Below are positions 47,848 to 57,423 of a stretch of DNA of 62,794 nt, piece after piece. Positions within the stretch are counted from its first letter, which is position 1. Every line of letters starts with the position of its first letter. Made by a program: the position numbers and the translations under genes. The notes under the pieces were generated by a model, which was not told the DNA's origin, searched no databases, and saw nothing but the letters and a program-made list of their open reading frames with translations. Source of the stretch: Candidatus Zixiibacteriota bacterium (GTDB taxonomy: Bacteria > JAAXHH01); contig VGJU01000001.1 in the NCBI GenBank assembly GCA_016867335.1, forward strand, positions 1 through 62,794, given 5' to 3'.

Positions 47848-48219
47848 CTACCGAATGGCTCCGCTTTTGGTGTCCCGCAGGGTAAGCTCAAGGGCAAAGT
47901 CGTCCGCAACCGGCTCGGCGGGTTCGTAATCCCCTTTTATCTGTGCGGTAGCCAGCAACACGGCCTGTTCGAGTTCTCGGCGTTGCTGGGGTGTGAGCGT
48001 CTTTACGATATCGGCGTCGGTGGGAATACCGCGAAGCGTTATCTTTACTTGGCCTTGTTCGTCTACCGATACTTCGTGAAGACTGCCTGCAATCCCACCG
48101 CTCAACCGGTAGGAAATCGAAACCGACGTTCCCTCACTCGAACTGATCAGATCCACCCGACAGGCCGCCCACATCATCAACAGGGCGAGACCCAAGATAG
48201 CCACAAACCGTCGCTTCAT
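47848..48219 (-). CDS. small lipoprotein, function unknown (possibly emfourin-like)
   Basis: 123 aa with a signal peptide and lipobox MWAAC. The pattern RLSGGIAGS...DDFALELTL loosely recalls protease-inhibitor emfourin-type proteins. Confidence 0.5.
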   Translation of the reverse strand: MKRRFVAILGLALLMMWAACRVDLISSSEGTSVSISYRLSGGIAGSLHEVSVDEQGQVKITLRGIPTDADIVKTLTPQQRRELEQAVLLATAQIKGDYEPAEPVADDFALELTLRDTKSGAIR

Positions 48220-48372
48220 CTGTATCCTCCTCCTGTAGCCTAAAACAAAACATACATGGACCGGAACTTATGCACCGGTCCTTTCATTGTAGGAACAGAC
48301 TCTTTTAGTATACGGTTTTTTGCCACTGGTGTTTCATTTTTTTTGATGCCCATACGGACAGGAGCCTTTGTC

Positions 48373-49644
48373 ATGCACGTGGCCATTGTGGGAAATGGCG
48401 TGACCGGCGTTACCGCCGCAACCCGTATCCGTCAAAAACAGCCGACATGGAAAATATCCCTCATATCGGGCGAATCCACGCATCACTATTCGCGCCCTGC
48501 GCTTATGTACATCTTCATGGGACACATGATGTATCGACACACCAAACCGTTCGAGGATGCTTTTTGGGAAGAACAGCGACTCGAATTGATCCGGGACTGG
48601 GTGACGGGCATCGACACACCCGGTAAACGGTTGATGCTCTATAAACGGCAGTCGCTGGCCTACGACCGCCTGCTTATCGCCACGGGTTCCAAACCCAATC
48701 GCATCGGGTGTGTCGCCGAACATTTGGCAGGCGTGCAGGGGCTTTACGGACTGCCGGACCTCCAAACGTTGTACGAGAACGTAAAACATACCCGACGTGC
48801 CGTCATCACAGGCGGCGGACTGATCGGTATAGAACTCGCCGAAATGCTCCACGGACGGGGCATCGAGGTGACGTTGCTCATCAAGGAGTCTTCCTATTGG
48901 AATCGCATTCTGCCGCCCGAAGAGTCTGCGATGGTTTCCCGTATCATAGAAGAACAGGGTATACGGTTAATCGGAAATACACGCTTGCGTGAGATACTCG
49001 ACAACGGGTCGGGCCGGGTCGGAGGGGTCCTAACCGATGCCGGGGAGCGGATCGACTGCGATTTTGTAGGGACGACCATCGGCGTGTCACCCAATATCGA
49101 TCTGTTGCGCAACACGTCAATCGAGACCGGCAGGGGCGTATTGGTCGACGATTCCTTCCGAACCAGCGTAACCGATGTGTTTGCGGCAGGCGATTGCGCC
49201 GAAATCGTAAACCGCAACGGCAGGCCAAACCTGATCCAGCAGGTATGGTATACCGGAAAATTGCAGGGGGAGGTCGCGGGAAGCGTCATCGCCGGCGAGG
49301 AGCGGACTTATGCGCCGGGTATCTGGTATAATTCCGCCAAATTTTTCGATCTGGAATACCAAGTATACGGACAAGTAAATCTCGGTCTGCCAGGTGAAAA
49401 AAATCTGTACTGGGAACATCCCGGTGGTAGGGCGTCGGTACGCATCGTCTATACGGACGAGGGCGTGATCGGTTTCAATTTTATGGGCGCACGTGGCCGA
49501 CATCGAATATGCGAACGTTGGATTGTGGAGCAAAGACCGCTGTCCTATGTCCTCGAACATTTAGACCAGGCGGAGTTCGATCCTGAATTTGCGCAACGTG
49601 TTGCACCGGCAGTGCGCCGGATGGCAAAGGAGCAGGCGGCATGA
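48373..49644 (+). CDS. FAD/NAD(P)-dependent pyridine-nucleotide-disulfide-type oxidoreductase
   Basis: Track ORF trimmed to MHVAIVGNGVTGVTAA. A second dinucleotide fold is present (ITGGGLIGIELAE), plus FAAGDCAE. Confidence 0.8.
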   Translation: MHVAIVGNGVTGVTAATRIRQKQPTWKISLISGESTHHYSRPALMYIFMGHMMYRHTKPFEDAFWEEQRLELIRDWVTGIDTPGKRLMLYKRQSLAYDRLLIATGSKPNRIGCVAEHLAGVQGLYGLPDLQTLYENVKHTRRAVITGGGLIGIELAEMLHGRGIEVTLLIKESSYWNRILPPEESAMVSRIIEEQGIRLIGNTRLREILDNGSGRVGGVLTDAGERIDCDFVGTTIGVSPNIDLLRNTSIETGRGVLVDDSFRTSVTDVFAAGDCAEIVNRNGRPNLIQQVWYTGKLQGEVAGSVIAGEERTYAPGIWYNSAKFFDLEYQVYGQVNLGLPGEKNLYWEHPGGRASVRIVYTDEGVIGFNFMGARGRHRICERWIVEQRPLSYVLEHLDQAEFDPEFAQRVAPAVRRMAKEQAA

Positions 49645-51089
49645 ACGTCCCCTCTTCCCCGCTTATCGATCCCCAGACCATCGGATACGTTTTTGACGAA
49701 GAACATACAAACTACGAAGAGCCGCCGGGACCATCCGGGCATCCCACACATCCCGTCGCAAAAATCTGCGCCGCCTTTGCCGCGGTCGGAGCCCTGGTGC
49801 TGACCGTCCAACTGGCCGCGCCCGATCTGGCTGGCTCTTGGGTCGGATTTTTGGCCGGTTTCGGTCTTATCGTCGCCGGAACCTCGGGATATTTCTGGTT
49901 TTGCTACAAAGATACGGTTCCCGGTATCAAACACGACAGGATCATGTTTAGCAGCACGATGCACCAAGGCATCATAGGATGGGCGCTTGGGCTTTTTCTG
50001 ACCGGATTTTACATGCTCCTGTACTGGTATCCGGAGTATTTGGAACGCGCCATACGGCTTGTCGATCCCTTGGCCTTGGCGCTGGCAGGCCAACCCGCCG
50101 ACCAATGGTTTTTCTACGGGTTTCTGTACACGCTGGCTATAGTCACTTTTGGCGTGCGTATGTTTATGAAATACCGTCACAGCCGGTATCATACGATTCG
50201 CACCAGTTCGGTCATGTTTTTTCAACTCGGTCTGGCTTTTCTGCTTCCGCAGTTTCTGCGGAAGATCGGCGAACCGGAGTTCTATTTCTCCTATTTCTGG
50301 CCGCTCAAATACGACTATCTGTTTCCCGGAACCGTCTCCTATCTCCTCGACACGCCGGGCACATTGGGCTCGTTTATGGTAGGCTGGGGCGCGGCGGCTA
50401 CCTTTGTAATCACCCCGGTGTTGACTTACTTTTTTGGGAAAAGATGGTACTGCTCCTGGGTCTGCGGATGCGGGGGTCTTGCCGAGACGCTCGGCGATCC
50501 ATGGCGACATCTGACGCCCAAATCCACCGCCTCCTGGCGTATCGAACGGGCCATCATTTATACCGTGTTGGTGGTCATCACGGCAACGACCGTCGTGTTG
50601 TGGCTCAACACCTATGAGACGAGCGCATGGCTCGACAAAATCGCCGAACCGATGCGGGAGTGGTACGGCTTTTACATCGGCGCCTTGTTCTCCGGCGTTA
50701 TCGGTGTAGGTTTTTATCCCGTGCTGGGCACACGGGTATGGTGCCGGCTCGGATGCCCTATGGCCGCGATACTCGGTATACTTCAACGATTTTTCTCGCG
50801 GTTTCGGATTACGACAAACGGGGGGCAGTGTATGTCGTGCGGAAACTGTACGACATACTGCGAAATGGGGATCGATGTGCGGGCCTATGCCGAACGCGGA
50901 GAAAATATCGTGCGTGCCTCGTGCGTTGGATGCGGAGTATGCGCCGCCGTGTGTCCTCGTGGGGTGCTGAAATTGGAATCCGGCAAAACGCACAAAGACC
51001 GGTATCCGGGGTCGGATCGCCCCTTGGGGGCGCTACGGACAGCCCTCAAAGGGGTCGGAATCTGCGGCGACAAGGACGGCTATGTTTAG
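49641..51089 (+). CDS. integral-membrane 4Fe-4S polyferredoxin (NapH/MauN-like)
   Basis: 482 aa with multiple TM helices and the motifs CSWVCGCGG, CRLGCP, CMSCGNCTTYCEMG and CVGCGVCAAVCPRG. ATGA overlap with the upstream oxidoreductase. Confidence 0.8.
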   Translation: MNVPSSPLIDPQTIGYVFDEEHTNYEEPPGPSGHPTHPVAKICAAFAAVGALVLTVQLAAPDLAGSWVGFLAGFGLIVAGTSGYFWFCYKDTVPGIKHDRIMFSSTMHQGIIGWALGLFLTGFYMLLYWYPEYLERAIRLVDPLALALAGQPADQWFFYGFLYTLAIVTFGVRMFMKYRHSRYHTIRTSSVMFFQLGLAFLLPQFLRKIGEPEFYFSYFWPLKYDYLFPGTVSYLLDTPGTLGSFMVGWGAAATFVITPVLTYFFGKRWYCSWVCGCGGLAETLGDPWRHLTPKSTASWRIERAIIYTVLVVITATTVVLWLNTYETSAWLDKIAEPMREWYGFYIGALFSGVIGVGFYPVLGTRVWCRLGCPMAAILGILQRFFSRFRITTNGGQCMSCGNCTTYCEMGIDVRAYAERGENIVRASCVGCGVCAAVCPRGVLKLESGKTHKDRYPGSDRPLGALRTALKGVGICGDKDGYV

Positions 51090-51131
51090 CGTTTAGGGGC
51101 ACAAGGGTGAAACATGCGGGGCATGTCGCCC

Positions 51132-54100
51132 TTACTTTACCAGCGTCATCTTTTGCGGGGCCGTATAAGCCCCTGCGGTCAACCGGTATAGGTAGACTCC
51201 GCTGGCGACAGCCCGTCCGCTGGCATTGCGTCCGTTCCACACAGCCTCATAGGTTCCCGTGCTCTGCACTCGATCCACCAGCGTGGCGACCTCTTGAGCT
51301 TGCAAGTTGTAGACGGTCAGCCGGACCGGGCCGGTACGCGCAACCGTATACCGAATCGCCGTGTCCGGGTTGAACGGGTTTGGATAGTTCTGGTTTAACG
51401 CATACGCACGTGGCAAAACATCGGTTCTTCCCCCGTCCGGAATCGCAGTCGGTGTGGTGGATGCCAGCGCCCACGTGGAAAACTTCGTCGTAGTGGCCGT
51501 AGCGACGTTTGCTAGCGTATCGACGACAGTAACCAACTGTATCCATGTCGAGTCCGCCGTATTGTAACGGAAAAGCCGCAACGAGGTTTCGCCGGTCACC
51601 TTGGCGCTGTCGAGTTGAGCCTTTGTATATTTCACGCGGAGTTGCGCGGAAAAAGCAACCGTATCCGGGATGGTGGACGATAGCGTAAAGTACTGCACGG
51701 GCACGCTGGGTGGGGGCGATTTGGGTAACGCCGAAGGCAGTTTGCGTCCGTAGTTGAGATAGGTGACGCTCCGTCCTGATACCGTGCCGGAAATAAATTT
51801 TATCACCGCCTGCGAGCCGTCCGGCGCGTTAAACGCCACCGTAGCGGTGTCCGACGTCGCCGGTTGCTCGCTTGCCGTAGACGTTCCGAGAAATATCCCG
51901 CATCCGTGCGTCGCCACCGCCACGATGCCATCCGACAACCGCGCGTCCAGCGCCGATACGATGGTCTTGCCGATTACGTCCGCGCCCTCCTGAAGCCACG
52001 TCGTATTGGCTCCGTTGAGCGTCGTCGTAGAAAACAACCCGACGCTCGTGCCGATCAGATACTGCGTGATGCTGCCGACAGGCAAAATCGCCCCCCATCG
52101 CAGCGAAGGTCCGGGATGGTTTGTCGTACCAGTCAGGTTGCCCTCGACGGCGGTATAGCTCTGACCCCCATTCGTGGAATGATACAACCCCACGATGTTG
52201 TAGTTGGACATGACCACCATGATCTCCGCCGCGTTGTTCGGGTTGACGGCGATGTGGTGGACATACGCCCCGGCCGGCGCGCCCGGAATCGAGATTCCCG
52301 TCTCTCCGTCCGTAGCGGTTCGGGCACTGTCGAGACGGTATATCTTGGGCGCGGCCACACCCCGACGGGTCGCTTGCGGCAAAATACAACCGTCCTGCCG
52401 GGTTGGTCGTCGATACGCTCAAAGCCGACACGGTCGTGCCGGAGGGCCCGGACACGTTGTTTAACTTGGTTCATCCCGTAGACGTGGTCGCTGTGCCGAG
52501 ATTGCCGTTTCTCCATATCACATGATCCAGAGGGTAAAACAGAATTTTCTCATCTCCCGGATCCACGGCAAAAGGATGGATAAACAACGGAGAACCACCG
52601 TGACCGTCGGGTGGAGCGATAGCCACAAAAGAATCGTCCAGCTCGATTCGGAATGCCTGTCCTTCTTGAGCGGAGGTGATGGCGCGGTCTTTGGCGAGAT
52701 AGACAAACGCGCCGTCGCCGGAAGAGATGTCCACGGAACCGGCTCCCGGATCGGTATAGTCGAAAACGGGTGTACCGTTGTCCTGCGTGCCGCCGGCGAA
52801 GTCGGTCAGTTCGGCCTTGCCCGACTGATGTGCCAAGGCGACCGTGTAAAACTGAGTTACGTTGTATCCGCTGTTCATATCCTCCCAGACCACCGGTTCA
52901 GCGGAGATGTTGTGTGACCGGCTGATGCCACCGTCATGCCCGGACCAGAGCATGTTGGAATTGAAAGGGTCGAAAAAAAGCGCATGCTGGTCCGCATGGT
53001 GGTTTTCGTATCCGCTGACATCGTTGACGGTCGCATATCCGCCCACCCATCCTTTGTCCTTGATCGTGGGTTTTGTGGCAAACCCATCGGTAGAGCGAAA
53101 CAGATTGATACCGCCGATAAGGACAAAATTGGGATCGTTGGGTTTGAGGGCAATCGCCATGTTGTAGTCAAGTTGTGTGTCCATGTAGCCTACCGGGTTG
53201 CCAAAGTCCGGGATGTTGGCGGACAGATCGGTCGAAGCGCCCGAAGAGAGGACGATTTTGTGTAGTTTTACATCGGTGCGATCGCCGTCGCCCTTAGAAG
53301 TGAGCACATAGGCCAGATCGCGGTTGGACGGCGCGATGGTTATCACGCTCCGGCTGTGGCTGGACGGGAAGGTAGCCGGTGTGACCCGGGTCCACGTATC
53401 GCCATGGTTGACCGATTTGTAGACACCCGGTGTGTCCACCGGCGCGACGCCGAAATTTTCCGAAGACAGCACCGCGACCAGCACCCCACTGCTGTCGGCC
53501 ACGGCTATGTCGCTCCACTGATGCCCCCCGTCGGTTCCGATCACCCGCGAAAACGTGCCGCTGCCATTGGTAGACCGATAGATGCCAAACCCGTCGCTGG
53601 CGATATAGACATTGCCGTTAATCGGACTGACCGCCACCTTGGAGACAAAGTCAAACGGTCCGCTATACTCGTTGGGCGTATTGTCGGCGGACGATGACAA
53701 AAACTGCCATGTCTCGCCGTTGTCGGTCGATTTGTAGATACCATTGCCAAAAAACGTGGCGGTTCCGCCGAGGTCGCTTCCACTGCCGCGCTGTTCGCCG
53801 GATACGTAGTACCAGACGGCGCTTTGCCCGTTTCGCGGGTCTTGGGCAATCCATGTGACGCTAAGTGGCGTATTCATGGAGGTTTTGAGTTTCCATGTCC
53901 GCCCTCGGTCCGTAGACTTCCAAATGCCACCCGACACACCTCCCGCGATGACCACGTTGGAATCCGTCCGACTTACCGCCAGCGCGGTGTACGCCCTCCC
54001 ACATCCGTCGGTCCGGCCTCCTGCCATACAAACGGCGTACCATCCGTGATGCCGGTCGTCTTGCTCAAGACACCGAGACGTTTGGGCAACGCGCGTGCAA

Positions 54101-54344
54101 ACGCCAATTCTTTATCGCGTATCCCGTGCGGAATCGTTCCGGTCACCGGATCGCGCAACATCCTGAGAAAATAGTCCATCCGTGCTTTTTTCGCGGCGAT
54201 GCGGCCTTTGGACGAACTGGTCGAGTAGATTTTGCCGGGGTTCCGAACGATTTGCTCCGGTGCGGTCGTGCGTCCGGTTATCCAATAGGCGACCGTCGCA
54301 AAGAAGCAAAAAAGGAGAAATAGCCGCAAAGGGGTAAAACCCAT
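51132..54344 (-). pseudogene. secreted BNR/Asp-box beta-propeller protein with T9SS C-terminal sorting domain, broken by two frameshifts and one TGA
   Basis: Signal peptide MGFTPLRLFLLFCFF, and SxDxGxTW repeats (KSTDRGRTW, KSTDNGETW, KSVNHGDTW). The C-terminus is NYPNPFNP..VYNLQAQEV..GVYLYRL. The lesions are: about 53986-53993 (GGRT|ALAV junction), TGA at 52471-52473 (TSTG*TKLNN), and about 52360-52364 (DPSG|VAAPKIY, in a G/C run). Confidence 0.6.
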
Positions 54345-54364
54345 GAGACCCTCCCGAGTATGGT

Positions 54365-54892
54365 TTAGTGGATGACGACCACCTGCCACGAAGGAGGCGG
54401 GGGCTGAACCGTTGTCATGAGTTTCTGATACCTGAGTGTTGTTTCTGCGGAAAGACCCGCGCGTCCGAGCGTTTCGGCCCGATCAACCGATTTCTCGATA
54501 CGCGCCCGGATTTCGTTGCCAGCGGCAAGCGGGGGTGTCGATGCGCCGCGGCCCGTCACGGTGTCGATACGGAGGATGACGAGAAAACCGTCTGTCGTCT
54601 CTTCCGTCGTCAGTAACGTCACGCGAGCGCGAAACGTGCCGGGCGCCGAGGCGAGAGTTGACGCAGGTGGGGCGGATGGTGTTTGAATCGTCGACGCAGG
54701 GCGGGGCATGGTATCTTCTGCGGAGGCTACCGGAGCTGGCGTCGTATCCGGCGCGGCAACGGTCGATTCCGCCGGTGCGGTCTGAAGGGCGGCCGGTAAC
54801 GCCGACGTTTCCGGGGGCGTTTCGGGCGATGACGAACAGGCTGTGCCGGATACCAGCGCAAGCCCGGTAAATAGACCCAATAAAGATCGCAT
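54365..54892 (-). CDS. lipoprotein with Pro/Ala/Thr-rich linker, function unknown
   Basis: 175 aa with lipobox VSGTAC, an ~80-aa low-complexity stretch, and a small C-terminal domain. Confidence 0.55.
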   Translation of the reverse strand: MRSLLGLFTGLALVSGTACSSSPETPPETSALPAALQTAPAESTVAAPDTTPAPVASAEDTMPRPASTIQTPSAPPASTLASAPGTFRARVTLLTTEETTDGFLVILRIDTVTGRGASTPPLAAGNEIRARIEKSVDRAETLGRAGLSAETTLRYQKLMTTVQPPPPSWQVVVIH

Positions 54893-55299
54893 ATCGGATT
54901 CCGGTAGAGAATTGGTAAGTTAACAGAACAGCGAGTGCATACCTTGCAGCAAGCTGCAAGACCAACTACACCCCGCTGGTAGAAGCGTGAAGATGCTTCG
55001 ATTGCTCCGCAATGGCTGTGGGGAACTTCACAAACGCTACGACAGGATATATGGGAATGAAACGGGATTTGAAAAAACCGTCAAGCGCAATCGGCAGCGT
55101 GCCGCAAACCGGATCGAAAAACAGTTGCCGTGACCGGAAGTCCTTGGCGTTGAATAGTCGCTTGACAATCGAGTTGAGACCGGCTAACTTGGTTTCTTCA
55201 TAGTATCCCCATCGTCTCTTTACATTTCACGATTTTAGCATCGCAACTCGTTTCAAAAAAAGGGATTACGTACATGTTTCACCCTGTTCTCCGCTTCTC

Positions 55300-56088
55300 A
55301 TGAAACAGAACGTTCAGCCCGTCACAAGATGCGGAGACGGTGACATCGCGCCATACGTCTTTCTATGCGGCGACCCGGCCCGCGTCCCTAAGATCGCTGT
55401 CGGGTGGAACGACGTCCGCGAGGTCTGCCGGGTACGCGAGTATCTGATCCTGACCGGCGTATACGAGGGAGTAAGGATGACGGCCGCCTCGACCGGCATA
55501 GGCGGCCCCTCTACCGCCGTAATCGTCGAGGAAACGGCCAAACTCGGCGCGCATACCTATATCCGGGTCGGCAATAGCGGGGGGCTGGCCGACGACCTGC
55601 GTATCGGCGACTATGTGATTACGACCGGCGCGGTACGCGACGAAGGGACAAGCCGAAGCTATGTAATCCCCGAATATCCTGCCGTTGCGCATTATGAAGT
55701 CGTATCCGCGCTCATAGAGGCCGCTCGGTCCGTCGGCCCCCGCATCCATGTCGGAACCACGTGGTCCATGGACGGTTTTTACGCCCGGAACAAAGTGCTC
55801 GGAGAAAACGGCGTGTTGCTTTCCATGTCCTATCGCGGCTATACCCAGACCGCTATGAACAACATGGTGCATGATATGAAGATGGCGGGTGTCAAAAACT
55901 GCGAGATGGAATCGAGCACGGTGCTGACGCTTGCCGGGCTGTTTGGTCTGCGCGCCGGATGTATCTGCACCGTGTCGGACCTTACCCCCTGGCCCGGACC
56001 TTGCCCCGAAGCGCTCGATCTGGATCGAAATATGGTCGGCTGTATCGTCGTCGCTTGGAACGCCATGCTCAAACTGGCAAATGGGTGA
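55300..56088 (+). CDS. nucleoside phosphorylase (PNP/UDP family 1, uridine phosphorylase-like)
   Basis: 262 aa with LCGDPARV, STGIGGPS, RVGNSGG and EMES. Confidence 0.8.
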   Translation: MKQNVQPVTRCGDGDIAPYVFLCGDPARVPKIAVGWNDVREVCRVREYLILTGVYEGVRMTAASTGIGGPSTAVIVEETAKLGAHTYIRVGNSGGLADDLRIGDYVITTGAVRDEGTSRSYVIPEYPAVAHYEVVSALIEAARSVGPRIHVGTTWSMDGFYARNKVLGENGVLLSMSYRGYTQTAMNNMVHDMKMAGVKNCEMESSTVLTLAGLFGLRAGCICTVSDLTPWPGPCPEALDLDRNMVGCIVVAWNAMLKLANG

Positions 56089-56176
56089 CGGGTTTATTTT
56101 GAGGGAACTTTGTCCGGGGATTTTTGGTTTACGGTAAAACGCCCTCTATCCTTTTTCTTTCTCAAGGAAAAAATAA

Positions 56177-57322
56177 ATGGACCTCTTCCTTCTCATTCCG
56201 CTTGTGTTGACCGCCGACTTAGACTATGCCAACGGTGCAAACGACGTGTCCAGAGGCATTGCCACCCTCGTCGGAAGCAGAGTGACGGATTACCGGCGTG
56301 CATTGATATGGGGTACGGTATGGACGTTTGCAGGCAGTGCGCTTGCAATAGTGGTTTCGATTGCGCTGGTAAAAACGTTTACACGGGGTGTGTTGACCGA
56401 AACCTCGAACATCGGTGACACCGGACGGGTGCTGGCGATCTCGGTCATGATCGCAGCGTCGTTATGGGTATTTCTTGCCACCCGAACTGGTTTGCCGGTA
56501 TCGACCACCCATGCAATCGTCGGTTCGCTGTGCGGCGCAGGGAGTTTTGCCCTCGGCACGGATGGCATCCTGTGGGGTTCGGTCTTTGGTAAAATCGTAC
56601 TTCCGATGGTGATCAGCCCGCTGGTGTCCATGATGCTGGCCTATGTCTCTACCCCTTTGGTATTGCTGGGGTTGTCCGGTTGGGGCGGGCATTGTTTCTG
56701 CGTTTTTCCAGCCCGATCCGCGTTACTGACGGTTGAACCAAGCGGTACAGTACAGATGACGACCATGCAACCCGGTCTTGTTGCCGCCGTAGATGTGCCT
56801 GCTTGCGACACGCCTGCCGAACCGCGCATCCTTTCGTTGCGGATGGGACCGAATACGTTTCACTGGCTAACCGCCGGGTGGACGAGTTTTGCACGCGGTC
56901 TTAACGACGCGCCCAAGGTGACGGCACTCATGGTGGGCTATATGTTGCTGTCCGGCGAAACCGGGATAGGGTTGGAATGGGTGTTTGCAACGGTGGCGCT
57001 ATCCATGACCGCCGGCGCGTATTTGAATGGCCGCCGCGTGACGGCTTCGCTAGCGGAAAAAGTCACCCGCATGGATCATCTTCAGGGATTTTCGGCCAAT
57101 TTGATCACCTCGATACTCGTTACGGTTGCCGCGCATTTCGGTTTGCCTGTATCTACCACGCATGTAAGCACCAGCGCGATCGTAGGGATGGGACTTCATA
57201 ACGGTGTTCGTAGCATAAACTGGAAAATGGTGTCCGAGATGCTGACCGCATGGGTGGTGACGGCTCCTCTGTCCGCACTTATTGCGGTCTGTGTGGCTTT
57301 TCTTTTATCCACACTCCTGTAA
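56177..57322 (+). CDS. PiT-family inorganic phosphate transporter
   Basis: 381 aa with the duplicated PiT signature (ANGANDVSRGIAT near the N-terminus, GLNDAPKV in the second half) and about 10 TM helices. Confidence 0.85.
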   Translation: MDLFLLIPLVLTADLDYANGANDVSRGIATLVGSRVTDYRRALIWGTVWTFAGSALAIVVSIALVKTFTRGVLTETSNIGDTGRVLAISVMIAASLWVFLATRTGLPVSTTHAIVGSLCGAGSFALGTDGILWGSVFGKIVLPMVISPLVSMMLAYVSTPLVLLGLSGWGGHCFCVFPARSALLTVEPSGTVQMTTMQPGLVAAVDVPACDTPAEPRILSLRMGPNTFHWLTAGWTSFARGLNDAPKVTALMVGYMLLSGETGIGLEWVFATVALSMTAGAYLNGRRVTASLAEKVTRMDHLQGFSANLITSILVTVAAHFGLPVSTTHVSTSAIVGMGLHNGVRSINWKMVSEMLTAWVVTAPLSALIAVCVAFLLSTLL

Positions 57323-57423
57323 AGACGCAAACCGGAAAACGGTCCCTCCATGGTTGTTAAGATAGCCACTCGGAGGGCTAAACGATACGGCTCTGTTTGG
57401 GAAAAGCCGGCAAGGAGTTTTGT

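Noticed and set aside
28587-52473. In-frame TAA (28587-28589, 44892-44894) and TGA (52471-52473) as stop-codon recoding or selenocysteine
   Set aside because: TAA, TGA and TAG all terminate neighbouring intact genes at the expected protein ends. No SECIS-like context is present, and the TGA replaces an expected Trp. Nonsense mutations are the simpler reading.
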